Origin: Balanoglossus misakiensis
Taxonomy: Eukaryota > Animalia > Hemichordata
Assembly: GCA_040954595.2 (NCBI GenBank)
Contig: CM082580.2
Location: 5,322,783-5,386,782, forward strand
Length of the DNA: 64,000 bases
Direction: 5' to 3'
A model generated the notes under the pieces. The model was not told the origin of the DNA and ran no database searches. It worked only from the letters and a program-made list of their open reading frames with translations. Both the position numbers and the translations under genes were made by a program. Within the stretch, counting starts at the first letter, position 1. Every line of letters begins with the position of its first letter. Of this stretch, positions 13,601-27,800 are shown piece by piece.

Positions 13601-16600
13601 CGCTCTCTACTTTTCTGCACGATTTCACCAGCGCAGCGTACGGCTTTACGACTCGCCAGACACTCGCCATTTTGAAATAAATTGACCGCAATCCATTAAT
13701 TGCTATATAAGCCTAAGACGCGAGCCTTCAATCCTTTAATTGCAATATGAGACCGCGGAGGATCGGAATGCGATCAGAGAGACACGTGGTTTCTCATAAA
13801 GTGGTCTGCAAAAGCTGAAAATGGTTATTCTGTCAGTTTCGTTTCAGATTTACTGACGATAAAAAATTAATGCACTCGCAAACGTAACCCAGATTATAGG
13901 ACAAAAATTATCCCCATATAATGATTACTTGCTTGAATGGCCCACTTGGCCTGGAAATGCATTAAACTTTTGAATTATCCCAATAAATTTTATTTTACAG
14001 AGATATGAAACTATTAAACCACCCGGGGATACCCCCAAAAAACACTCTGTTTCGTCAAAATTAATGTTAAAAAAGTTTCCGGTCCTCCTCGAACGAAAAC
14101 TGAGGGCATCGAACGAGGCCACATGTATAGTAATTTGCAAGTTTCAGATGGAAGGAACTCATGCAACGAAAGCACCATAATTAAAAAAATATATGTCTTC
14201 TTTTTGTGAATGTTTACTCTCATTCTGATTGTGTGTAGATCAAGGAATATCATTATATTCAGGACACGTTTCATTTCGTGTTGTGGAATCGACTTAGTAG
14301 AAAGTAATATATTGCTCCAAAGTGGCCAGCCATCACTGACTGATGTCACGTATTTGCATTGTACATGTAATGCGCATTTGTTTTGTAACTTTGTCTGCTG
14401 CCACCAGTGGTGGTTAATCAGTTACTTAAATGTAAAAGGGTCATTTTCCAGAATAAAAGGTTAATAGCAGATCGGTCACAACAGTATTTTAGGGTTAAAG
14501 GCTGAAAAGAGATCACTTGATTTACTATGTGCAGTGGGTGGGCTTGGGGTAGCAAATAATGAATTGTTGTATATTAGGAAGTAAGGGACCACTCATTGTT
14601 AACTGACTGGGGGGTTTTCTGACACGGACAAGTTTCTCAAAGTGACCCCCACAGTCATCGGATGATTGTGCGTTTTTGAAAATCTTTCCCTGAGGTGCGT
14701 ACTGCCTCGGAGATAGTATGAATTCGTAACTGCAACATCTGAAAAAGTCACTCCAAATTGTAGGCAATAACATCACGTCAATGCAAACAAAAGAGATTTG
14801 GCTTGTTATTTCTTTTTTTTTCAAAAAAAGGTCAGCCTTGCAATTTTACGGAACGTGTGAAAATTAATTTTGCAGTCCACTCACGACACGGATCTCTAGT
14901 ATTCGCGCGCTTTGGCGAAGCAAGAATCACAAATGGCAGCAGTAAAATATGCAAGAACAAGTCTCCGTGCGCTGCCGCTGTTGTACATTGTAAATCCAGG
15001 GTTTAGTTCCAGCAGACCAAGGGTCACGCCCGGGTTGTTGAACACCAGTTGAACAGCGCTGGTCACTTAAAGCCCGAGCGAGAATTGTGGACTAATGTGC
15101 GGCATGTCTCTGCGTGGGTGGGTAACCGCGTCAAACATGTTGAACATTGTACAGGCGTGACACAAGTGCGTGGCCCAGCCTTGCAGATGTTTTAATATGT
15201 CGTGAGCATGAGATGCACAGCGCGTCCCCCGGGGATCAACTCCGTTTACGTATGCTGAAGCCTATGCGGCAAATTTCTCTAAGTTTCCATGAAACGACGC
15301 ACGCATTAATTATATATTTTTCGTAATAAAAACATTTTCAAAAGTTCAAAATAGTCACGCAAGAAGCCTGTTATCAAAGCACTTAAACGTCTGGAGCTGT
15401 TGACAGATGATGACAGCACTTTCATGCGATTGTATTACTTCATTGGTTCTCACGTCTGTGTGAGTATTAATCAGTTATAAAATTCCAATTATTAAAAAAC
15501 ACAATTTATGCGTTCAATGTATGGAGTTTAGGGCGTGTACGAAATAAACTGCATAGTTACCGCGTGGTCATGGCCGTGGTCTCCACGGCAACGACAGGTG
15601 TCATTTGTGTACGAAAAAAGGGTCCTTGTGGTTCTAATTATACCGGAATACCATATATCATAGTGTTACTGTAGCGGTTGATATCGAGACGATCCCTGAG
15701 CGCAGTTTAAAAATGTAACCTTCACGTATATGCAATTAATAATGAAAGTTAAATCCAATTTCTCTGAATATTTGTTCATTTTAATTTGTCCCAGAGCGAC
15801 GAATGGATCATGAAACTAACGCTTATTCAACGCCGGCCTCGAAGACATTGAGTTCCGTGTCCTTCCCCGCCATAATTGAGTCCTAGGCACGTAAAAGGTC
15901 TTTTGAAAAAAAAAAACGTTTTCGACCGTGAAAATTAGTTTACCTTTCGATGGATTCGATGAATGGATTGATATGCTAGTGACCTTCTTCGACTTAGAGT
16001 AGGCGATTAAATGCGCTGCAAGGAAATGAATTATTTCTGCATCAAATTTTAATATGTTTCACTTTTACCGAGTCGTTCACCCCGCCTGCCTACGACTGCT
16101 TTACCCATGCTGACGTAATGGTGACGTAATTATCAGAACTGTTCGAGTGAATATTCATTAGTTTTTTTTGTCGGCCTCAAGCACCGATCACCCGTATACA
16201 GCTAAACATAAAAGCTTGCCAAGAATCTGAGGTTTTCTGCGTCGCGCAGTAACAGCGGGCCAAGGTCATCAAAAGTGGCAACGGTCCTCGTAAGTTCAAT
16301 GACCTCGCGTGCGACCTTGATATTGGATGTGCGGTGACATTCTCGCGCACGTGCGGCAGTTTTATATTACGTTTAAGACGGAAAGTTACCGACTTGGTGT
16401 TGTGTTTCACTTGATCCAATGCCCGGGAAGTCACACATAATGTGGTTTCCCTGATCGAATTTACCCTTTTAAAAGTCTGTTCAGACGGCAACTCAGTAAT
16501 TTGTTTATTATCGATAAATAAAGCCAGTTTCTTTCCTCAAAGCGATGCGAGGATGTCAGGGCCACCTTTACATTCCATTAGGCCCCGTTTGACTCGAAAC

Positions 16601-17585
16601 AAGGAAATTGAATATCGAAATCCACTGAATAATGTGATGCGCACTGTACATTTATTCCAAGGCTAGACCGGCGTCTTGCAAGGTCGGTCATTAAACTTGA
16701 AAGAAATCATACTAGATCGTACACCAAAAGCGAGGTTACGCACAATATCGTTCGGGATTAATTAATTGCTCGAATGCGCTTTTTTTCCCCTTTGGTGGCG
16801 ATATTTTCAGACAAGCTCTCGGAGAATGAACAGTCGTGGCGCCATATATAATGGGAGTGCACAGCCAAGGACATTGACAGCAAGTTCAAATCTTTCCTTC
16901 AAATGCATAGTTCTAACAGTGGTGTTAAGTATCATGAAAGCGCCGTCCTCTCCCATGAATGTTTCCGACGGAAGCAAAATCACGGGCATTGAAGTGCGTT
17001 CATTAGATCCAAGGTAAACGAAATGCCTCGCAGGTATAACAAGGAAATATACCCCAACAGAAATATTGAAACCCGGCCCTCTTGGGGGCGCAACTCAGCC
17101 ATTCACCCATACATGTACCTGGCATTGGCAGTCGCTTAGACCACAACAATGACGTAAGAGAAAAACTAGTTTTCTACATTCATCTTCCCTAAATATGACA
17201 AATTAAGAAAACTGATGTTTACATCCAACGGCATGTCATTCGACGGCTTCATTGTCTACGTGGACCACGAGCGATGCGGTCCACATTACTCTATACACAA
17301 CACTACAAATGCGCGCATGCGGCATAGATACTGACCATCGCACCATTCCGGGTTCCATTGCCGTTGGGTATTTATGCAAACAGACTGCAACAATATTCAT
17401 GCAAATTAACACACAGTAGATATGCCGCGATACAGTTCACATTCTTGGCAATGGCAATAGTATACAGCCGTGGGCGTATTCTCGCTGGTAGGGTAAAAGC
17501 CTATAAAACAACTCGGCGCAAGATTCTGAATATCATTCGGGAATGCAGTGCAGTTGGATATTTCTGTGTAACTAGATTTATACTG

Positions 17586-17728
17586 ACAATTATCAACAAT
17601 ATTCAAATCCATAAAGTTGTTAATAACATTAATAACTAATGTTTGATTTTAAATGTTTAACAATTATCAACAATATTCAAATCTGTACTGTTGTTAATAA
17701 CATTACAAAATGATGTTTGATTTTAAAT
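17586..17728. repeat. Two-copy ~74-bp AT-rich tandem duplication
   Basis: acaattatcaacaatattcaaatc...gtttgattttaaat begins at 17586 and again at 17660. Confidence 0.85.
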
Positions 17729-18594
17729 ATGGAGTGATTGTCTATAATGGAAACGTTCCAATAACTGCCCAATTTCCGTATGACAGAGTATTTACAATCA
17801 CGTACACATAATATAGTTCTGCTCAAATATCTCATCTATCAATATAATTGCATTTATACAACATGGGGGATTTCATTCACCGGTACATGTTAAATGTTAA
17901 CGTCAACTTCAATTAATGAGAACCAGCTGAGAACTGCAGGATATTTGACATTGCAAATACCACCATATAGTGGCAGCTCGCAGAGATCTCTGTTGTACCA
18001 GCCGAAGTTGTTCGCAGTGAATTATTAACTTGTTAATGCACGAGATACCATGAGTCAGTGAAACGACATAATAGTCGCGAAATTCTCCCGCGCAGTACAT
18101 CCGTTTATCGTCAAAATGCCACGAACAGATGTCGCCTGGGATGGCGCCACTGACAAGTTGAAAAACACTTCGTCTTTTATCCTCTTGGTAGTTTTCTTAG
18201 GATTTCTGGCGTTTTTAACATACAGCAACCCCCCCCCCCCCTCGAGGCTAAAACTTATTTTGAGATAGTTGAATTTGGGAATGAAAACTTGTATACAATT
18301 ATTTTAGCGAAAAATAGGCATCCGTTGACAGAGTGGACAGTATTGTTGTGGTTGTTACGATTGCTTGTAATATAACAATTTGAAGATGTATGTAAATGCT
18401 AGATTTCGGCCTTGTTTCTGTTGTTAACAGTTTAATGAGGGTTTAATGACTTTTGGGAAGATGCAGGCGAAGCGTGTTGTATTGTCTGACTCTATAATGG
18501 CGTTGTGTAATTCAATTATTTATACGTGACCCTTGACCCACGAGGGCATGTTCGCATACGACAGATGGCGCTCCAAGAATCCGAATAAAACATA

Positions 18595-19016
18595 GTCTCG
18601 GTTACCCAGAGCCCTCTGCTTCTTCCGTTAGGCACTCCAGAAAGAGGGTCTGGGGAAACCCGGTAGACAAACCGTCAGGCGGAATCGGGACAGCTGCGAT
18701 GCATGACGGGAGATTAATATTCCAAAATGGCGACGTCCTGCGCGCGAACCCACGGCCGCCATGTATGACATACGATAAAGAAAACATGCTGAGAAGTGCT
18801 AGACCTGCTAAAACTGTATACAAATTGAAAAGAGAGAGAGAAGTTCGGTAAATAGTTTTCTAATATCGACATATCATAATATCGTATCGAATATTAATCT
18901 CCCGTCATGCATCGCAGCTGTCCCGATTCCGCCTGACGGTTTGTCTACCGGGTTTCCCCAGACCCTCTTTCTGGAGTGCCTAACGGAAGAAGCAGAGGGC
19001 TCTGGGTAACCGAGAC
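18595..19016. mobile_element. Non-autonomous DNA transposon (MITE-like) with perfect 128-bp terminal inverted repeats, flanked by TA
   Basis: 18595-18722 is the exact reverse complement of 18889-19016; TA at 18593-94 and 19017-18; 166-bp non-coding core. Confidence 0.88.
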
Positions 19017-19992
19017 TAAATAAAACACAAAAAACTGCAAAAACTAAACTGGCGCTCGTGTTCGGCACGACTATATCGGGCAATCAACTCAGAAGTTATT
19101 GAATAGCGCGGCTAAACAGTTCAGTCAACCCTTTCTTGCTTCTCTGCTTTGCATTTTATCGACTTCAAATATAGCAGCATGTGAAAGTTGGAGAGAAAAC
19201 AACATCCACTCTCCGAATCACTCGGGCGACGTGAAGCGTGCAGGGGACGATATCGAGCCGTGGCCTCGCGGGGATCGTCTTCAAACTCGAGATAAGATTG
19301 GAATCAGTTACTTGCTCTCGTCTTCCACCTTTGAATAAATACTTGTTTGATTTCCACCGGGGACTGGCCCGCTTTAGGTTACGCCGAACACGCCGAAGTT
19401 TTGTCAAAAAGACTAAAGTGATCACGTGTTTGCGAGTTCGTGCTTATCACGCACTCGGCTCGTGTTCGTTTCAGACGCGATTCATCTTTCTTTCTGCTTC
19501 TCAGGTTGAGTTAGGATACACTTTGTGGTATATGCTGGTTTTCTGTTTGTCTTTGTGTAAACCAGTTCACAGAAAAAAACCTTCTGTCTGTTCGTGCGCG
19601 TGTGTGGTTGTGTGAGCGCGAGCTAGCGCGTGCGCGCGTACGTACGTACAATTATTTAAAGATATCTGTAAATCTCTCTAAAAGTTCTTTAATTTAATAT
19701 TTCCCCTTCCCGGTGTTTTGACTATTACCTCGTTGACGGGAGAGTTGAAATTCCGATACAGCAATCTTCTCTGATTTTATTGGGGAGGGGATGAAAGAGA
19801 TGATGTTTTGATGCATACATATACTTGATGCTAAAAATAATTGCAGAGCATATAATCAACGTTATATTTCCCTAGGAAAGCAAAACCATTTTCGTCAATG
19901 ACCATCAGCCGATTTCATATTTTTTTACATTAGTTCACATCGTCTTTACTTAATTTTTGATGCATTTTCCCTTTTTTTCTTCGTGACTGTAG

Positions 19993-20104
19993 TGGCGGAG
20001 TTTTCTCAGAAGGTGGTGTCCATTTATGAACAACATGCCAACAGCCTCAGGACAGTCTGCGACACATTCCGAAAGAAGACGAATGAAGTACTGAAAGACA
20101 ACAG
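19993..20104 (+). CDS. STAC: STAC-like exon, F-BAR helix (xAEFSQKVVSIYEQHANSLRTVCDTFRKKTNEVLKDN)
   Basis: AG at 19991-92 after a pyrimidine tract; GT at 20105; phase 1 to 2; resembles the FCH/F-BAR 'FSQK.A.IE.EYA..L' segment. Confidence 0.8.
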
Positions 20105-23100
20105 GTGGGGGCATGCACATGCGCAGTGTTACCTCATCGCGTTTGAACAATTGTTCCTCAGTATGATAGCCAAGTTGTAAAACTTAGAATCAATAGATTT
20201 GCTTGACACTTTATTAGCATTCATCCTCGTTGTCTTCTCTCTCTCTCTCTCCTCCGTTCTGCTTACAGAGATGACGAACTTCCGGGACTAGTTGGATTGT
20301 GGAGAACTATCTTGGAGGAAACCGACAGCGAAGCCGAGGTAACGTTTGAATTCCGATCGAGGTTGGAGTAGTTGTATGGTCGATAATTAGACCTTCATGA
20401 GTTGTAAGGAGATGATCGAGCATAACAAAATGACGAGTTCTTGTTCCATCTCTGTCATTTGATATGTCACCTGCAGTTTTTCGAACATTGCATGTAAGCG
20501 TGCGGTCTCATTGACGCGGCCGTTTTACGGCACAATAAAACCACCAAAGGTCACTGTGACACAGTGTAGGCTGTGATCTTCTTTTCAGGTTAACAGAATG
20601 TTGGCCAAGTCATTTACTGACAACTTGGTGCTACCTCTTCAAGACTACGGCAACCAACAGAAGCAAACGATCAAGAAAGTCATCGGTTACCAAGAAGAGC
20701 TAGAAGACAGACTTGCCAAACACAGAGAGAATCTCATGAAGGTAAAGGAACATTGCGAATTTACGTATTTCGATATTCTCTGTGTACAGGTGGTGCAATA
20801 TATTACGAGATTCAAACTGATGTATTAAAAGCAAAAGATGATAAAAATTTAAGATTGTACAACGTTATACGTTTAGTGGAAAAAATGGTCCCTTGATTTG
20901 AAAATGTGCATCTGACGTAGGTTTGTTAGCGCCCTCTACGACCGGTTACAGGACATTATAGTTCTGTTCTAGCTTGCGGTCAAGTTCATAAGTGGCCGGC
21001 ACCAAAAATAGTCTTGCTCAATCGTTAAGCACTTCTCTGTACTATATAGAGAGCTTATCGCCCAGAACCCGAAATTGATGATAGGGGCATTAATCGTTGA
21101 AAATTATAATAAATGTGGTTTGGCCTTTAATTTTCGGTGGGACCATACATGTGGTTAAATAATATTGCAATACGCTTATGGACTGTTGTGTTCCAATATA
21201 AAATAGTTCTCTCACAAAAATTCATTATTAGGCATTCAAGGGATGACATTTTTACCGCCGTTTTGCGACTTCATACAGTGAAGTAAAGGGAAAACAAAAT
21301 ACGTAGGATATGTGTCTGGCATACTTTAGTGACAGTATAAAATTACAACTGGGACAAAAGTTTAGAATGTCTTGCAATTATAATAGCTGTGTGTAGCTAG
21401 AACCGTTCACGCGGCCCTCGAAGGAAGATATTATTTATTTATTGGAAATGGATAACATGGATGAATTTAGTTTAAATCGTGACAATTCACCACAATTAAA
21501 TGTCGCTTGACGACAGCTTAACATATGCACGTAAAGCAATGTCACAGCACCATGGCATCCGTTTTTTGAACGATGTATTTTATTTTTGTCATATTTTCCA
21601 ACATGCTAATTTAAGGTCAATTGTCGCCCGTTATGGCTGTCACTTAAATGGGACTTCAATGTCGAAGTGCTGGAATTCTTATGACAGCTAACTGTAGATT
21701 AAAATTAATCATGACTTGATGATTGAATGCCGAACGTGGCATCTCTCTATTGTTATTTCGTCTGTGACATAGATGAGGACGGATGTCAACAGATGTCGTT
21801 AACATTTGTGTCGCGAGTAATAGGATTTGGTTATATTCGCCCATGTGCAAATTTGTGGAAAACGGGGATGTCACTTTGTTCTGCAGTAACAATAAAACCA
21901 TTGCAGCGTATAGTATGATCCACTTGTCGACGTGCATTTAAAAGTTTTTATTTGCACTTAAAATTTGTTCCACACTACAACCCCCACGCACAAACGTTGC
22001 CCTTTCTAGTTCGATATATAACGCTTTTATCGCGTGGCTTCTACGTGCAGACGCCAGACAAAGGCGTCCAACCATTCTCCGTCAGGAACAACCGGCCGCA
22101 TTTGCTTCATTGCGCGCGTCGCCTTCCACGCGCCAAAACCTTTCAACGGTGTAGATGGCTTTGCTGAGCTAATGTTCCGTGACACGAAAAACACGTGCAA
22201 TTAGCATTAACAGCGGCCCTGGAGACCGGCTGATTTTCCGCTTTTCGTCGTTCGGGGCATCTCGCAAACGGTTTCACGGGTCTCCTGTACACCATTTGTC
22301 ACCTCCGTTCTGTTTGGCGACTGGCACGCCTGATCACGTGTCCAACGCCGAAATTTGATCGTTCTCTCCTCTCCGTTTCAGTGCCAGAAGGAATATCACG
22401 AATCCTGGACCAAAGCCAAGTCACGTGAACCTAGTAGTAAGGTAAGAGATGTTAAAATGTTACACAGGTCAATTCGTCAGCGCATATTTTGTTCTAATTT
22501 TGTTACATTGTTTTGATAAGTCAAAATCACGGTCGAATGGAAATTTCCGAACAAAATTGTTCAACTTTAACGGTGGGACTGGGTTAACCAAGAAGACTCC
22601 TATGAAATTTAACCAAGGCTTACAAAAATACTGGACAGACAGACTGACTGTTAGTCAGACAGACGCGCAGACGCAAGAACTGGCTGGCGGATGGATGAGT
22701 GGATGGATGGATATGTCCTCAAGTTTCAAGATGTACTAACCATTCGCACTCCTCACGGGAATACGATACGGCATTGCTAGAACAGACAGTTTGCACAATA
22801 GATAAACGTTTGATATGAAGCAGTGGTTTTCTTGGCATTGGTAATATTGTTGACGTGCACCAGTCAATAGTCTGTCAACTGAGCCATCAGACAAAAACAT
22901 GCCGCGCATAATCTGCGATGCATCACGTTCGCGCCCCATCCCAAGTGCAGAACTCTGACACTTCTCGAAGTCTATTTCTGAAAAAAGTCGATCGTTTGTT
23001 AAATTTTCGAGCTTCCTTCTGGCAATCTGAGCCAGCCACTCAAGACCCACGCTCATGATTAACTTCGACCCGCTGCTTGACCAACTTGTGACCCGTTTGT

Positions 23101-24831
23101 AAATTAAGATAACTCTCATTATGTTCGGGTGACCTGGGTGTCGCTTGGTTCCGTAATTATAACAGACCTCCATCCCGTATGAGGCAAGTCTTCCAGCAGA
23201 CCTTTCGTTGCGTCAGTTCTGAGCCAAATTGCTGTCCAGCTGTTTGCTTACGTCTTTAATCAGTTCTCAACTGCCCATACAGCCGCGCCAGGGCACCTTA
23301 TCCGAAGTTAAACTGATCAGTCTCGTCTGCATGGTACGTTTAACGTGTTTTCTCGACGAACGATTTCTGAGGAAAGGCAATTCCCGCGTCAGTTCATTTC
23401 ATTTTACATAAATTGGTCTGAATGGCAATAGTTTCCTCTTTTGACAATGGAGACGTCGAATTGTTACCATGGCTACTGTACAATTTGCAGATATGGTTCA
23501 TGTAATGGATTCCTCCGCCCTAGTTTTTGGTCGGAAGGGTGGGTGGGTCTTCGGGATTGCTCAAGTCATTTGCAAGTTACTGAAACTTTAACGAGGCGGG
23601 GCGCCAATCCATTGAACTTATAGCTGATTAATGAATCTCGGTGCCTGAAGGTTTAACGTTTAATGGATTTGATTGCGATGAAAAATTACGGTTTAATCGA
23701 GCATTATGGACACGTCTTCAAGAACAGCGAAGTATTCGCCATCATTGGTAAATACGTCCGCGTCGAGCGGAGTCTAGCACAAGAAGGAGACGCGAAGGTC
23801 GTTTGTAATCGCCGTTTGTGATTCAGCTGCCGACGCAGTGTCGTAGTATGATGTAGTTTGGTGAGATGTGGTGTGGTGTGGTGTGGTGTGGTGTGATGTG
23901 ATGTGATGTGATGTGATGTGATGTGATGTGATGTGATGTGATGTGGCGTGGTGTCGGTGATGTGATGTGGCAACCGGGTGACAGACTAAATCCTCATAGG
24001 ATAAAATTTACTTTCTGTTTGCGAAAAGCAATTGAGGAAAATCCCGTGACGCGTCAGAAGTACATTTTAGCGCTCCGAATGGCTTAATCACCAAGTCTCC
24101 TAAAATTCACGGTAGCTGGATGCCTCGTTTTTCCCCACTACGGCCTGTCTCGGCACAATATCTGTCGGTTGGCACTGTTACACATCACTATTTAAAAGCT
24201 TGATTGATTTCATCAACATAGTAGTAAGATTGCATTGGTTGTACACATGATTACAGCGTATTTCTAATGTTCTCAACGAATGACGGAGACAGGAAAAACT
24301 CCGCAAACGGGACAGATTGGCAATCTGCCCGTTATCGATCTCGGCCGGAACGGTCCCTTCTGTGCATTTCACAACGAATCGGTCAATCGCTTTTATTGAA
24401 TCGACGGCGTTACAAAGATCACGACGAAATTAAGTTACCGAACACTTGCCGTCGTCAGAATCGATTGGATGTCCAATTAAATCCGGTTCCCAAAACATCC
24501 ATCGGAGTCAATTTACGCTTCGAGCCGAAAGCGGTCCGACTAATTTGTTGCGTTACGCGTCGGAATGCAAATATTTAATGTTAAATCTGCCGAGAAAAAA
24601 AGATATTCATAGGTATGGATCTGTCAGAAGCTATATATACCAACGATTTATAGTAAATGCAGTATGTGCCCGCAGGCTATATTGATAAAATTAAAGTTAA
24701 TCACCAAATCGAATGGTAATAGCGTCGAAAGGCCAGAGTTCTTATCTCTGGTGGCCAGCGCTTCCCACGCAAAACTGTTTGACAAGAAACGCATTTATAA
24801 ACCGGTTGATGATGTGAATTACATTAGTTTG

Positions 24832-24891
<60 letters not shown>

Positions 24892-27800
24892 ACAGAAAGA
24901 CAGACAGACAGAGACAGATTTTTAGTTTCTTCATTCCTTCTCAGAAAGAGAAGAGTAACAACACAACGAATAAATATAAATACATACATAAGTAGATAAA
25001 TAACATCAAAATTGACAACCATTTTGCGTATTTACAATACATATTCCCCAATGAAGGTATTGGGCTAAAACGGTTAACCTCTGAATCAGATGCGTTCTTC
25101 CAGACTGGAAGACATATATACACTAACTCAAACGTCACGAGCTACCATGTCCCAAATTTAATTGACCGCAGGCAGGACCCTGTGCAGGAAAATGACGTTT
25201 TATTTCCATTTTATTTCTTTCTCGTAGAGTTCTGCAATGTCAGCCTGCTACCAGGCGCACAACGAGTATCTCCTGCAGCTGACGGCGATCAATCAGTTTC
25301 TACAGAAGTACCACCAGTCGGCCGTCCCTGAAGTTGTCACAGTAAGTGTCCCTCTCCGTCCCTTGTCATTATCCAAGTCTCGTGGTGTGTGCGTTCCGTG
25401 TCCAGCAGCTCTTTCCATAAAGGTTTTTTGTGGGTCTTGACAGATTTGATTTAAACGATATTAGGACAGAGTGAAATTTTGTATCTAACAGTTTGAGATC
25501 CAATTTGAGGTGAGGTTTTGATCTAGACAGTGGTTAAAGTCCCTCCTCGTTCTGTGGGTGATACGACTTTCACAAGAAAAGTTAATACCAACTTGTCAAC
25601 TTTATTGGGTAAAATAGACACAAGATGGAGGTGATGAATCGCCTAGCAAAAAGTAGGATGATGATATCACAAAACTTGAACACTGGTAGCTGTAATATAA
25701 GTATCATGGGTCATAAAACTCCGGCCGAAGGGGGTTGTAAAAAAACGTCGGACGACCTACATTGTTGGGTCACTGTAGTAAATCACTCGTAGGTTCTGAG
25801 TTGTGCCGATTTTGTCTGTCTGCACACTTGGTTTGCTTTTATTAGGACGTGTTTGTGCCACAAACTAAAATGGGCACCTCATGCCAGAGACTACCGACAG
25901 ACGAATTTTTGTCCACGTTTCTCTTTTCTGTATCACCAGCCATCAGCAGTTATGACAACCAGGGCAGAGGATGATTTTTGGTGGTCGATATATAGGAGTA
26001 AAGTGACCATGTTGACCTTTCAATTAGCTAGGTCCCCGGTCAGTTAAAATGACCAGTCCCTTGCAGAAGTCTGTGTCATCGATAATGGCAATGGCAGCTA
26101 AAATGCAATGTGGGTCCGTTGATTGATTTTTTGACAGATATACGAGTCTTTGTATGCAAAAATGTTCTTCTTTGCAACATACATGCCTTACTTTGTCGTC
26201 TACATCTTGATATTCCAATCTATCTCTGACCTTCAGAAACTTCTAATGAAATGTTAATCCGCATAGTTACGTTCATCACAGAGTTGCGAATTGCTTAACA
26301 CGTGTCTTGCATTTCGCCCACGTTTAACTACGGATATTTTAATTTAGTCCGGACTAATGCTGATCGAAAGACGGTGGACTGCATATAGAAAATGTATTGA
26401 TCTTCGTCGATGATAATTTAATTAGTATCGGGGAGAGCATTGTGAACAAGTAATGGAGTCGGTCTGATCCATATTGTTGTGAAGCGGAGGTAATGCAGCG
26501 TGGTCTTTGTCAGAATCCTGCTTTGGTATCCGCAGCTGCTATACCGTCTCATGGTTAATATCGCATTGAAGGGGTCTTGCATATCTGTAGTGAGGACCGA
26601 AGCCTTTCATCAACGGTCTTGTTTTAAAAAGAAATTTCGGCGCCTATAAACAGGACATGTGACCAGAGTGTAGGCACGACAGCCCTCTCTCAGGAACTGG
26701 CAGGCGCGCCGACTCGGACGATCCATTTTCTAAAACCACTCCCCCGGCCGTCAAGACGACCACTCGCGCATATCGAATGTCACATCTTCGCTGGTCCTCT
26801 CACATGCCCCTATCATTAGCCGCGTGATGACGTGGCGGCGCTAATGCAATAGACAGATCTTGTCGGTCGGTCGGCCGGGCGTATTTTATTTACAGCCTCT
26901 GGCTTCTCTTGTTTTGCAGGACTTCGAGGAATCCCATTTACATTTTCTGAAGAGCATCGCTCAGTGTCTCACGGTGACAGCCAAAGCGGGACACGACAGG
27001 GTAAGTCTTTTTGGAGATTCATGTCTCGATTTACGAAAAAACACACCGAAACGTTGTATCTTTCAGGCATACAGTTCTTCTGCTCATGGCAAGATTTATG
27101 GAGACCGGCCAGAACCAGAAACTTTCAAAACGTCAAGCGCTGTGGAGGTTTAGCTCGGATTTCAAGAAATGGCGTACCCTGGATGTACGCGTCGTTTTTG
27201 TCGGATATTGCTCAATTTTCGCAACAACAAAAATCAACTCAACAACAACACAAATATTCACCCTGTCTGCTCAGCAAAGCTGCGATGGTTGTGAATATTA
27301 ATTATAGTTGTTCAAATTCGGGCGAGACTTCGTTTCCTTCGGTGGAAGGTTGCTGTTTTGCACGTCTGCGGGAGTTCTACTCCAGACTGAACAACCTATC
27401 TTTGACCGAAACGAAATACGAGGGACTTTTCACCGGAACCTGTCGTCTGGTGCAAAACTCACAGAGCGACCCACAACCAAACGAACATAATTGCGCGTAA
27501 TATTTTTTGTGAGTTGCTTGACAGAAACTGTCGTCTGCTCGGACGTCTAAAATTGACAGCCGCAACGAATTGCGAGCTTCTTTAGTGGGCGCTTGTTATT
27601 TGTGTAAATAACATGATTGCCATAGTTATTATTCGGTAGCCAAAAAAACAAACACTAAAAGGTCAAACTTACTGTCGTTTTGCTGTATTGCCGACGAAGT
27701 ATATTTTCTCCTGTCTCTTGCGCATCTGCAATATTGAAAAAGAATGGAGATTTCAACGAAAGCCGAAAAAAATAAATAAACATCGAAATGAACGCCATTT

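Noticed and set aside
9108-14615. Harbinger-like MITE termini at 9108-9136 and 14582-14615 as one element
   Set aside because: They face away from each other and match only weakly; at best these are solo degraded ends.
19505-19527. Microexon after the strong pyrimidine tract at 19490-19504
   Set aside because: Its only open phase ends in phase 2, incompatible with exon 19993 (phase 1), and the donor is weak.
26964-27500. 178-aa + strand ORF (likewise the 179-aa minus ORF at 36526-37065 and the 145-aa minus ORF at 22736-23173)
   Set aside because: No recognisable domain; intronic, out of frame with or antisense to real exons, and consistent with chance ORFs.
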